From Lama glama (Eukaryota), in NCBI GenBank assembly GCA_028534125.1, contig CM052817.1, forward strand, positions 66,156,001 through 66,220,000: a stretch of DNA of 64,000 bases, in the 5' to 3' direction. Below the pieces are notes generated by a model. That model did no database searches. It was not told the DNA's origin and saw only the letters and a program-made list of their open reading frames with translations. Every line of letters starts with the position of its first letter. The first letter of the stretch is position 1. The position numbers and the translations under genes are program-made. This document shows, one piece after another, positions 1-12,600 of this stretch.

Positions 1-1187
1 GATTTCATCATAAATAGCAACAAGCAGCATAAAATGAATTCTCCAGAATGCCACGTCCTGAGATAAATGCATAAAAAGGTTTCTTGCATGACAACACAAA
101 TCAACTATGGGTAACCTACAGACAAACATCACTTCTAGCTGCTACACTATTGCCCTGAAGACAAATAACATGTCTTTTTCTCCCACTCACTACCTTCATT
201 TATGAAAATCTCTGAATAGCAGCTGGGGACAACAGTGTAGAGGAAAGTAATATCTTGAATACATGCCAAATAATCAAAAGCAAAATATCACTTCTGGTAT
301 CTCTCTCCATAGGATAAAAGTTCAAATAAGAGCAGATGGTATCTTTATTATCTGTAACATAATTGCAATATAATTACATAATCATTTGAAAGTATATATT
401 ATTGGAGACAATTCTATTATTCTGGAAACAAATCAAATCACTCACAGAACCTGGTAGTTGGAAACCTTATACAGAGGGAAAGTGCATAACCTCACGATAT
501 ACAATTTAGCATAAGAGTGAAGAGGAAAATTTATTTAAAATAGTAAACAATGTATGCAATTTCCATTTTTTGAAGAATATATAGAAATAATGACATATCA
601 AGTCTCACTTATGTCTATTCCAATTGAATTCTAATCAAATATTGTCACTGATTGAAACTCCTAGAGGCATGCCTCTCTTTCATAAGAAAAAATTCTAAAG
701 CCTGGAATGGACTACAAATTTGCTAGCCTCCCTCATTAATTCAAGAAAGAGCAAAACAGTAAAGTGAGTTCAGAAGTTGTATTTTCTAGGGGAATTCTCA
801 AAAGAGGCACAATCTATGTTGATCTTCTACTTTACAATTTTGCTCTTGAGACACAAGTTAAAGCCACATTAAAAAACAAAACAAAACAAAAACCAGTATT
901 CAAGCATGTTTCTTACATATTTCTCATATAGCTCATATGTGGAATGAATGGAATACTTAGTCACTGGTTATTTTACTTATATTTTCCTATCTGAATACAG
1001 ACTTACCTGATATTTTTCCTATCTTAATAACATTCAAATTATGTGTGCAATAATAAACACTAGGCATAATCATAATTCAGTATCAATTTCCTTAAAAGGT
1101 AAAGCTTTTTTCAGGCAAGGTCTGGCTCAAAGATTAAAATAAACACACACAGCAGGAAAGTTGTAATGTATATTCTGTTTTTTTAGG

Positions 1188-1229
1188 CTATGAAATACCA
1201 CATGTATATATATATATGGTATTTCATAG
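1188..1229. repeat. 42-bp near-perfect palindrome
   Basis: CTATGAAATACCA (1188-1200) / TGGTATTTCATAG (1217-1229) around a (TA)n-like centre. Confidence 0.9.
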
Positions 1230-2439
1230 ATATGACACACAATGACACACAAGAACTGTCAGTAAAACACCCTAGTTGTACTCCTATTTAAGAATTAAGG
1301 TTATTCATGAATTTGAATAACCTTCCATGTGTTAATGAATACCTTTAAACAACTATACAAAAAAGTCACATTTGAAGTCCAAGGTTCACAAAAATGTCAC
1401 AGGGGGAAAAAAGGAGAGGAAAAGAAAATATGAACCCAAGCTGATCCCAGCAGGGAAGAAATTTTCCCACATACTAGCCGCGAAGCAAGGGAAAGCCAGA
1501 GGCTCCAGTACGAAATTAGAGCTCCCTGAATTTACACTGAGGGCACCGAGGCAGCGTGCTCAGTCTTCCGTCCCAGCTGAGCCTGTGACCTGCAGCTATT
1601 TCTCCCTTAGGATTTCTCACAGTGAGTCCAGCCAGGTTCAGCTAGATCAGAAATGTGTTTAGCAATCACAGGAACAGAGAAATATATTTCTCTAATCACC
1701 CACCTCAGAGAAGCATTAGAATTCTGAATCTGAATCATCACCCTTTTCTTTTAAGGAATTACATCATCAGTTTAAAAGTGCAACTAGACTAGTCCTAAGC
1801 ATTTGTCATTGTACAGAATAGCGACAACTGGTACATGAAAAATTCTGATCTCAAAACAATTCACATTTGCATCTAAAATGCTACGATGAAACCACATAAC
1901 TCCCTCCTCAAAATGTTTCATGTGACGTCTCCTTGAAGTGGCTTTCACTTTAGCTATGTGTGGCTTCCTTTATTTGCTTTAGAGACAAAAATATGAAAAT
2001 GAATATAAAGAAGCAGAGACTAAACAAAGGCCAACAGTAGATACAACAGCCAGCACAAGATTTTTTTTTTCATAGTTTTAACCTAGAGGGAAAACTCCAG
2101 GTCCAATAAAAGTACCTCTCTATGTAATTCATGGTTAAGACTTCTATGTTTCAGATTTGTCTTGTAACACCATGAGAAGGTCAGTGATGTCAAGTAAAGC
2201 CTGGCTAACAGTCCCATTGTTTGTCAGCCTCAGCTACATATTTCTAAAAAGGATGCAAATATCCTTGCCCCATAAGAGAGTTACATTTTTCTCCCACAAA
2301 AAAATGCCAATGATATTCCACTAAAATGATTTCCAGCAGCAACAATATTTTATATAAAAACAAATCCTTAATCCCTCGATAGAATTTTCTATCAATTCAT
2401 TGATACCACCCAATATATTTAGCCTTGAGTGCACTTCTA

Positions 2440-2600
2440 CTCAGTGTCCTGGTGGTAAAAGTTCAGGATCTGGAGTCCAAATATCTGCTCCACCACTGAC
2501 TGGCTGTGTGACCTTGGAAGGATACTGAACCTTCCCTAGCCTCAGAGTGATTAGAAGGATAAAACTAGGTATTAACATTTTTAGAGTAGAAAGCTCAAAA
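2440..2600 (+). mobile_element. MIR SINE fragment
   Basis: Core-like CACTGACTGGCTGTGTGACCTTGG...GCCTCAG. Confidence 0.7.
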
Positions 2601-3489
2601 ATCTATTAACTCACTTTATTATTTACTTACTTGGAGCAAGAAACAAAGTAGCTGACAAGTTAACAAAGTGTTCTCCTCAAACAGAATCAAGGAATATAAT
2701 ATATTACAAAACATATGCCACTAATAAACACACCAACTCTCTATAATCATTATTCTTGGAACATTCATTCCTTCCACTCTCTGAAATGACAAAACAGTAA
2801 GATAAGTTACAGGGTAGGCAAAGACATTGGACATTTTTTTAAATTTATCATTCTGAAGTACAGCTTCAGAAAAATACAATCAAGTAAGGAAAAAGTCAAG
2901 GACAACAATTAGTCAAGCAGTTCCCTTTTTTTTCCTACAGAAGCCACAAGCTTCTTATTAACACAGGTGGGATTTTTTTCCCATGTTACATATCCAGAAT
3001 CTAAAATAAAGATTTGTGAACTCACTCATCCACACTGACTGGTTCTAAAAATTCATCTCGTTCCCAGGCTTAGGTCAAGACCTAGGCAAATATACTAAGG
3101 GCATAAATCGGAGCAAATAACTAGAAAGAAGAGGTAAAAGAATCTGTTTGTTTAAATAAAAGAGCAAAAAAGGCTAGAACCAGAGAACAAGGTAAGCAAG
3201 ATTAAGTTGAATAAATAAAAGGGTTACTTTTGTGCTCAGAACTGTATAAAATAATTACAAAATCCAGAGTGAAGGAGACCTGGATTATAGGTTTATATGA
3301 AAATGTCTGAGATGGGGGATAAGGAAGTCAGGTATCCCATTAAATCAAGGGTACCAGAAAAAGTAATCCAATTTGGGCTACATTAATAAAAGAGTAATAC
3401 TGGAGGAGAAAAAAAGGAAGTGCCAATATCATTATGCTTTTGTGATGAGCAAGAATAGCTTTTCCAGTCAATTTGTTTGCTTGAGGGGG

Positions 3490-4640
3490 TGGTGGGAACC
3501 ATGATGAATTATATGCCAGGCATCATGCTAAGCCTGGGGAGATGAAATGGATAAAGCCTTGCCCTTGAAGATTACACAGTTAAGGAGAAAACTGTGTCAC
3601 GAGTGTTTGTGATACACTGTGGGTACAAAGTGCAAAAGGCCTGAGGGGATCAGAGAAGGAAGTCTGACACAGAAGGACACAACAAGGAGCAACAGTATTC
3701 CATGCAGAGGTAAAGTAAATACAAAGCCATGGAAGATATCTCTGGCATTTTTAAGTTGTTCAGTTTAGTTCCATCAACTTGATATAGACCAAACACAGAC
3801 AAGCATGCAGAATACACATATGAATGAAAAATGTTCTCCCTGCTCCCAAGAACTTATATTGTAATAGACTGTAGAGACTTAAATTTAAGTTCAGTATAAT
3901 GTGACATATGCTATATTAGAGATATTTTCAAAATTCATGCAGTCAGGGTAAAATTTCATACTATAAAGAGTTACTACGGTTCAGTCAGGAAGACATCAAC
4001 CACCACATATGGGGTTAACATAATCAGATGTTCATTTTTAGATGATCACTCTGGCGGTGGTTAACGTTAGTGAGGAGATGAGTCTGAAAGCACAGAAAAT
4101 AATGCTGCGGCGCTGGGTGAAGGATGTAAAAGACCTGCACTGAATGACAGTTAATTAACTGGATAGATGGTGGTCACATCACCCAAGACAGAAAACACAG
4201 GAGAACGAATACCCCACTTCATTTTCACCACACCCATCCACAGCAACTACTGTGTATATAGTTTGAAAGAAAGATCCAGAGAAAAGACCCGACTGCAAAT
4301 ACAGATGTGTTAGTCATCAGACTATAAGGGAGAAATCCTATGAGCGTCAGGAGATGAAATTACCTGGAAGAACTGGTAAAGGGATAAAAAGATATTAACA
4401 TTTAGGATTCAATCAAGAAGAGCTGACAAACAAGTCAGAGAAACAGGAAATCCATGAAAGACAATGGGGACAATGTTTCAGGAAGAAAGAGGTGGTCCAT
4501 CATGTCAAGTATCACAGAGACCAGCAACTGGAGAGTCATTGGTGACCTTTGCCAAACTGATTCAGAGGAATGGGAGAGGCCCCCACAGGACAACGGATTC
4601 GACCGTGGCCAGGAAGTGAGGAAGTATATGCTTTAATGCA
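3490..4640 (-). mobile_element. Degraded L2 LINE fragments
   Basis: TATGCCAGGCATCATGCTAAG...GCCCTTGAAG and GTCATTGGTGACCTTTG motifs typical of antisense L2. Confidence 0.6.
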
Positions 4641-4689
4641 GGTTACTTTGAGAAGAAGAAAGCTATGCTTTCAAGGGAGCTGTCCAACA

Positions 4690-4940
4690 ATAAAACCACA
4701 ATACCTAACATGGACTGAGGGCTCTTTCTGAGCAGGCCACAGGCTAGGCATGTCACATACAATTCCTCTCATAGTTACCGTCACCTTGCAAAGTCAGTAT
4801 TACTGTTTCTACTTTTCAAAAATGGGTGCAGGATGATTACATGACTTCCCCATGAACACAGAGCAGGCACATGGAGAAAGGAGGATTTACATGCAGGTTC
4901 TGTCAAGCCATTAACCAATGCTCTTTCCACATTCTGAGGC
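4690..4940 (-). mobile_element. MIR SINE (diverged)
   Basis: Antisense MIR-like layout (CAGGCTAGGCATGTCACATAC...TGACTTCCCCATG...CACAGAGC). Confidence 0.5.
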
Positions 4941-7099
4941 TGCCTGCCCATCACTGGAAATCAGGGGAAGGGAGAAAATGTTAACCATTTAACAGGAAGC
5001 GTTTTTTGTTTTTTAAGATAGTTGAACTAGTTGATTTTTAAAGTCATTTCCACCTTCAGTAGCCCATGGTTCTAGCTCATATACTTTGCTCACAGGTGAC
5101 TTCTATATAATAGTTATGAAATTCCAGATCTAAATGCTCATCACTCCTTTTGCAGTACTTTTTATGCCATCTTCATTTTAAAATAAGCCACATCCTAACG
5201 ATGTGCCTATTATACTATGGAGAAAATTAATATTGGTTCCACTTATTTTTGCCAAAAAATGAAAGCACAGTCTATGAAGACAGTTAATCACTCTCTTTTC
5301 TGCACTCCACAGCATGCTGCATCTTCTGCTATTACAGCAATTATAATTTATACTGTGATTTGCTTTCACACCCCACGCTGGACAGTAACCTTCGCTGAAT
5401 GCCTACTTTATTTTAAGCCCTGAGAACACAGCACAGAGCCAGGCAAGCAGGGGGCACTTAAACTGTGATACATGCATGGACAGAATGGAAGGACAGATGG
5501 GTAGACAGACACTTCTGCAAGTGAAGGAAGCATTTTTTAACAGCCATTTTACACTCAATAATGGATTATTTAATCTATTTACCAACTGGGATATCACAAT
5601 GATATCATACTTGAGGGAACCAGTAGGGAAAATTGAGTGATACAAGAGGAATGGGATATGGATTTAAAAAGAGACATCAACATTCACTCTCAAAAAGGCT
5701 CCTGAATTACGGGAGTTTTCCTGGATTCAATATCACCCAAAGGCAAAAGAAAAAAAAAAAAAAGAGAGAGAAAGTAGTCAATTCACTAAATTACTTTTTA
5801 AAAAAAATCAGTTACTTTTTAAACTTTTATCCAAGAAGGCCAATCATTTCCTAAATAAATAATTAATCATGGAATTTCAGGTGTGGCCCCTGGGAGATAT
5901 TCTAGGAGAGAAAGCTTCATATGGCATTTTGAAATCACCTCAGAAGTGCATACTGTATGTTTCAAGATCTACTCAATCTACAAAGGTGTATCCTCTAATC
6001 TCAAGTCTCAGCCTTTTTTCCATAAAGATGCGTATGACATGACATTCATTTGCACAAAACACTAGCATGAGTGAACCCAGGTTCTATTAAACTATGCTCA
6101 AAAATGTTCATGGAAATTAAGGCAAACACTGCCACAGCTTACAAGAATGTCTGATTTCCACTGTGATTAAAGGCACATCCGTAAGATCAAGAGGACAGCA
6201 AGTTATGCAAATGCCCCATCATGACAGCTGCAGCTCCATCCTTTTCTCTCCCACATGGGAAAATACAGCAGAATGCAAGTGAAAGTAACATTTTAGGGTT
6301 TAACTCGAATCCACCCTAGTTTATATATAGATATTTTAAAATAAGTCATTTGCAAACTTCTGTACGTTGTTATCAGTAGCTGTTAATTCCTCACAGCTGA
6401 GTGTAACACAGAAATGTGCTGTGACACCACAGTTGGAAGCCACTGGCCTCTTTTAGGCCTCAGTGAAACTTACACTAGTTATCGAATTACAATCGGACTC
6501 ACGGGGTTAGCCAAATTCAATGGCCTTAGAGGTCGTTTATCAACATCTCTGAAAGACAGAGCACCAGAACTAAGAGCAGGTAGAGAGGCGGTTTCGGGCT
6601 CTGGTCAGGTCGGGTGCTGAGCTGTCTTTGTGATGTGATTTGAAAAGGAAAACAAGGAACTTGGCCTGTCCTGAGTTACCCCATCAAACCACCATGGGGT
6701 CAAGCTGTCGTGCTGCCTCAGTACTCTGCCTGTATTACAAATAAACGCAAACAAAATAAAAGCAATGCCTCCAAAGAGCCACTGCTAAAATGCATCTGCT
6801 AGCCAGTCTTTCTGCAAGACTTCTACTCACAGAGCAGATTAGCTATTTGACACCTTAGAGCTCCAAAGGCTCTGGGAGAGGTACAACCGAAGGAAATTTC
6901 AGTAGGAAGAATGTGGGAAACAAGAGTATCGTGACAGAGGCAGTCCTGACCCAGCTCCTGGACACCACGGAATGGATGCTAGAGGGGGCCCGGCAATGAA
7001 GGACCCGAGTTCCAGGAAGTTTAAAGGTTAGCACAAGGTCACAGGACAGCAATAATAGTAAAGCCCAAGGTACTGGAGGTTCCACGGAAGGAGGAAAGC

Positions 7100-7555
7100 C
7101 AAGAGGAACATTTGCTCACGTCTCCAGTTTCAAGAGGGCCTGAAAACTTGCTGTGATTTTAAAAGAAGGTTACTTGGTTGGGGAAAAGCCCAGGAACCAG
7201 TTGGGAAAAGCTACAAGGCTTAAGAACATGAAAGCTGCTCCTAATATCAAAGAGGCTCTCTTGTAAAAGACAGGTAAGGTTCATTTTATAAATCGAACCC
7301 TATAGAGCAATGTAGGAATAATGAACACGGACTTCAGAGCATTAGACAAGGTCAAATACAAGGAGACAATCTGGGGAGCAGAAACGGCTGGGATGGAGCA
7401 GGAGATCCCAGGAAGTTGAGGGCTCCCTCTCACGAGATGTGTTCACACAGCAGTGGGATTACTATTTGTCAGGGAGCCTGGACAGGGGCTTCCACACTGG
7501 GGATGGCCTGAGCTAGATTCTGAGGCACCTTCCAATTCGAAGAGTCTGATTCGTT
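7100..7555 (+). mobile_element. Ancient L3/CR1-like 3' fragment
   Basis: Ends GAGCTAGATTCTGAGGCACCTTCCAATTC...TCTGATTC, resembling the CR1/L3 3' terminus. Confidence 0.45.
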
Positions 7556-8979
7556 CGGTTTATGCTCAGACGTGAGCAAGCGTAAGAGACAGTAAGCTTC
7601 CCACATACCCTCCAGCTCCTCTCCCCAGCAGACGATCAGAGGACAGGCTCTAGGCCAGACAGAGTTAGATTTCCAACGTTTCTTCTAGCTTCAAAATTTT
7701 CATCGCTTTAGATTGACATCTCATTTACAAGCCAAATAAAGGAGGATCATGTGTTCTCTCCATTCAGATCCTTACCATCCATGCAGTGTTAAATGTCTCT
7801 GACTAGTTTAAAAAAAAAAAAAAGCCACCTAAATCCCTAATGCTTCCACTGTTTTCTCATATTCACTTGACAGTGGTGATGGATAACATCAGAGTATGAT
7901 CCACTGTAGAAAGAGACTTTCTAATCATAAAATCTATAGTTAAATCACCACTCAACCTTTTCCTTTAAAGACTGAATGATCTCAGTTCCCATCACAACTT
8001 GAAGTCCTTTAATCACTTGGAGGGGGCCACTTTTTTTCCCCCAACATGGTCCGAATCTTCCACATCCATTTCTAGAAATGCCTGTGGCCTGAGATAGTTA
8101 CTCATGTCGAATTCTGATGGGAGGTGAGGACAAGAGCAAGTCCCTCCAGGTTGCTAAGCGAAAACCGGCCAAAGTTGATAAGGATGAGACTTTGTGTAGG
8201 AAACCACAGTTTCCCTGGTCTTCAACTCCTTGACGGTAAAGTATTTCTGTACTAGGGAGACATTAAATCCTGGCTCATAAATCAGAGCTTGGAAAGCCCT
8301 GGCCGACCTGCTTCAATGAGGAGCCAGGTGACCAAGTCTGGGCTATTGCAGATCCATCCGCGGTCCTCGGGGAGAATGGGCAGAGGGCGGGGCTGCACCA
8401 CACAGCCTCCAGGCTGATGTGGGGCCCAGGGCTGAGCTCTTCTCGCCGGATTCACCACGCAGACGTGCCGCCAGGGGGGCTGACTCGTGAGACGCCCGTA
8501 CTCAGGGGCCCGAAGACTTTTTACCATTAATTACACAGACACCTCGTATCGGGGCCTGCAGCACGTCTTACACCTCTGTTCTGATTCCTAAACGTATTAA
8601 CTTTAATTCATTTGGATTTGTGTATTTCTCTAAGTGAGCAATATAATTGTGAAGTCTAATCTGGGCCTCCCCGATTCTTGCCACAATAGCTCTCCCCACA
8701 AATGGGTGTCATCATCAGTCTTCCTGAGGGAAAAACATCGCCTACCTTTGAGTAAACCGACCTACACATCCTTTGCCTGACACTGACTCACTGAAAACCA
8801 AGCACTCCCTGGGTAAGCCACTCCTGCCAGGTAGGCTTCTGCAAGCTGGCTAGTGGGCAAACAACATATGATGCCCAACTAATGAAACAGGGCATTTCAA
8901 AACTCATGTGAAAAAGCCCTTCCACAGGACTGGTACTTGCCCATCACACTCACCATGTTTGTAAGCCACCCATGATGTA

Positions 8980-9062
8980 AAGTCCTGACTCAGGTTCTGT
9001 CATTTTAAGAGAATCTATTGTGCTTTTAATTTAATTTGATGAAATGGCATAGCTCACAAGAC
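8980..9062 (+). repeat. Copy 1 of an ~83-bp dispersed direct repeat
   Basis: Aligns to 9579-9660 with 4 substitutions and 1 indel. Confidence 0.92.
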
Positions 9063-9124
9063 AAAATTTTATAATAGAAAAGAACCCTATAATTTAAGAA
9101 TGTAAATCCCTCTTGCCCTTCATC

Positions 9125-9420
9125 TGTCATTTCATTTATTTAACAACCGCATATCAAATGCCTGCTCTACAGTAGGACCTGTGCTCCGGCTAAAGATACA
9201 AAGATAAGTGGAACCAATCCCCACTCTTCTGGGCTCTCCATCTCCTGGGGAGGAGAGCAGACAGGTAAACAAATCATCACAGCAACATGCTCGACTCAAG
9301 GTGTCCTCTATGAGAAGGAAGAGACTGAGTCCCTTCACTCCAACTGAAGGTATCAGGAGATGCGAGTCCCAGAGAAGGTGACATCTGAACTAAAGCTGGA
9401 ATCATGAGAATTAAATGATG
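9125..9420 (-). mobile_element. L2 3' fragment
   Basis: TTCATTTATTTAACAA...TGCCTGCTCT...CTGTGCT...GATACAAAG, the antisense L2 tail. Confidence 0.6.
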
Positions 9421-9578
9421 AGAAATGTTATTATGCCAATGATCAGACCCACACAGAGGAGGTGTGAGTATACTTTAATTTATTAGCATTAAATACGTGT
9501 AACAGAACAACAATGCCAGGTGTAATGATAATTAAAAAATTAATTCCTTTGCAAAAAGCAAACAATAACATGAGCCTG

Positions 9579-9660
9579 AAGTCCTGACTCAGGTTCTGTC
9601 ATTTAAGAGAATGTACTGGGCTTTTAATTTAATTTGATAAAATGGCATAGCTCACAAGAC
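9579..9660 (+). repeat. Copy 2 of the ~83-bp dispersed direct repeat
   Basis: See copy 1. Confidence 0.92.
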
Positions 9661-12600
9661 GTTTAAAAACAAATGTCAACGGATGGCTTAAAGCTCACTG
9701 AGGAGAATATAGGAGTCAGCAGAGTTGGTGCCACCTTTTTTAACTTCTCCTAGCCCATCTATCTTTCCACTGGATAGCATTCAGTGATGTTTTGGGGGCC
9801 AGAGGAGGGCAGGAGGTTATGTTGGAGAAGGCTGCATTTCTGGATTACAAAAACTTTACAGAAAATGATAAATTGAGATGTAAACAAAAAAAAAAGAGAA
9901 CTTTGCTCTGTTTTCGTTTGGGGTTTTGGGTTTTTTGTTTTGTTTTGGTTTGGTTTGGTTTTTTCCCATGAAATTTGCCAGGTCATTTTCTCTTTAAGTC
10001 CAAGTCTGGACAATACTTAAAATAGATAAATCACCCAATAAATCACATGCTGAAAGATTAACATATCTTTTCTCACTTGTCAAAAATTGATCAGCCTAAG
10101 GAAAAATACAACAAAAATTGAAAGAAAGCTTTCAAGTTCAAGCAAATATGCTAAGTTGAAAAGGATTTAGCCTTTTAAACTCAGCTGGCATAAAGCCAGT
10201 CCAAATGACCAAACAACAAAACTGCCCTCAGTCTAACTGTGTCACCTTAGTAATGCATCCTTCTCAGACCCCATTCCCTGATGTGGCTGGAGAAGGGAAC
10301 ATTCCAATTAACCAGCAGTCACTGTAGAGAACCACTTACAGAGAATCAGAATATATAAAATACACTCAAAATAAACATATAACGTGTCTCCATTTACAGC
10401 TTCAGGAGGCACATGATAATTTTGCACTGTCCAAATCATTCAACAAGAATTTATTCGGTGTATAATAAGCAGGCCATTGAGCTAGGCACCATTGGTTCAA
10501 TGGCCATATGTCCCAAACTAAAACTTAGAACACACATATTAATGACTTATTTTATGTAACTTACAAGTATATGCAGCAAACTGGGAGACACGGTTTAGAC
10601 ACTGATACACTATAATTTGCAAAATATTCTAATACTATGTCAAGACACCTAAACATTGTAAATCAGAAGTAGTAGCTCCTCCCCAAAAAAGAAAAACTGG
10701 AGGTATCCAATCACTGTAGAAAGAGACTCTGAAATTTTTAGAATCCTGGAGCTGATGGGAATTTTTTTTTAATTTAGCTCCATATGAATAAAACCACCAA
10801 CCATCACTCTTCTGGCTTCAAAACTGAAGAAAGTTCTGAAACTGACTAACACGGAAAGGTGTTTGTATGTCATAATCTCAAGGCAGCTGTTAACATAAAT
10901 CTCTGATACCTACTTGTTCGTTTTGCTCTTTTGCAGTATGTGCAGAATTTCCAGTTGCAAGGGATAGTTGGTAGAAAGTCAGATAGACCATCTTTTAAAA
11001 TAGAGTTGCAATATATTTTTCTGTGAAACAAAAGCACGGACTAGGGAAATAAAAAGAAGAAAAACGTAAAGTTCTATTTCTCTCTATGATGGTCTCAAAA
11101 AGAATCCATCCAATTCCAGAAACACAGCCTTTCAATAACGGATTACTGTTTCCTCAGTCAGAGTTTGTATGTTTTTAATATCAATGGCTTGAGTGTGCAT
11201 TTGTGAAATGGATTTGAAATCCTAGCAATAGATCTACATTCTCAAGTTGATAGTCCATCTGATTTAAGCCATTACTCAGAACATCTAACCATGGAGGAAT
11301 ATGAAATGTTTTATTTGCCTTCTTACATGAAGGCTTATCGATCAATACAGCCTGTATGAATACAGGAGATGGAAATATTGTAAACGAAAATGGGTTAAAA
11401 ATGCTGAAAATGCAGAGACTACTAAAGACAATTTACAAACCAAAACCCTGTTGTAGTGCCTACATCATTCACCTGATGACTGTATTTTTTAAAAAGGAGT
11501 AAACACCTAAGAAGCACTGATACTCTCACTTGAACTTTCCCTAGAAATTAACGAAATCCTCAAACCAGAGCAACAATCTGGGCCACCATCTGTAGTCCAG
11601 ACAGAGTCTTATAATAATACCCTTCAAAATAAAAGTACATAAAACTCCTTAGGAGGAGAGTATGCTATTTGTATTTCTGCGTGTATATTTACCTGAATAG
11701 AAAACAATGTTTAACAGTTTTCCTTTAGTGAACCTCATGCCAAGATCAAACGAGGTAACGATTATCATCAGAATTTATAATTCCTGCTAAATACAGAAAC
11801 AGAAAAGTTTCCCCTAGTAAAACTATTTTATATTGCTAGTAATTCAGTAAAGAAAATTCGGAAACAAAATGTGATTATCTTAAATATTACCGAAAGAAGT
11901 GACAGTTTCAAACAGGTTCTCAACGGAGAGGCGCAGCTTTGCCAGAGGAAAGGATTTGCTTATACTTAGCTCTACTCTAGTCCCACCTGTGACTGAGCAT
12001 TCTGTCTACTGTCTCCATTTCAACTATAAAATGTGTCACTATGAGCTATCATTGTAGACCCAAGGCATTCGTGGATTTCGATATTAATGGTTCTGACTCT
12101 TCTTGTGCCCTTGAAAATACATTAACACGTTGTCATTTGTAATTCTGTGTCGGCAGTGACTGGATTGCTGTTCCCAGGCCAGTGGATCAAGTGTAACCTT
12201 TTGGGCTCTCAACTCCCATTTAATGATCTTCTGGTTCTCACAAGGGAGTAGTGAGTACAATCCCTGCCCTTTTACATATGGGAAAAGGAGCCTGTGGTGT
12301 TATAATACATAACAGTGGAATTAACAGGAAGCTGGAATTCAAAATCTCACCATATTCTTTTTGAAGACCAAGAGACTGCTACACCAGAAAGTTGCTGCAA
12401 AAATTGACAAGATGATTTTTTAGTTATTATCCAAGTTCCATACCATGAATCATCATCACTCTTTACAGTTCTGGAAGTGTCCAATATTTTCACAAAACTT
12501 TCAAAATGGTAATTTAACTGGACTTGCTAAAAGGAGAATATGTCTAGAAAAATGCTATTTTCCAATGAGGTCACTCTAAATGGATTCTTTATCTGGTTTC

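Noticed and set aside
1188..1229. Orthologue of the human PPP3CA-intronic microRNA MIR1255A
   Set aside because: The hairpin does not resemble the miR-1255 sequence as I recall it and is too short; not verified by search.
7902..10728. Exact 17-mer CACTGTAGAAAGAGACT at 7902-7918 and 10712-10728
   Set aside because: No extension beyond 17 bp; one such match in 64 kb of AT-biased DNA is plausible by chance.
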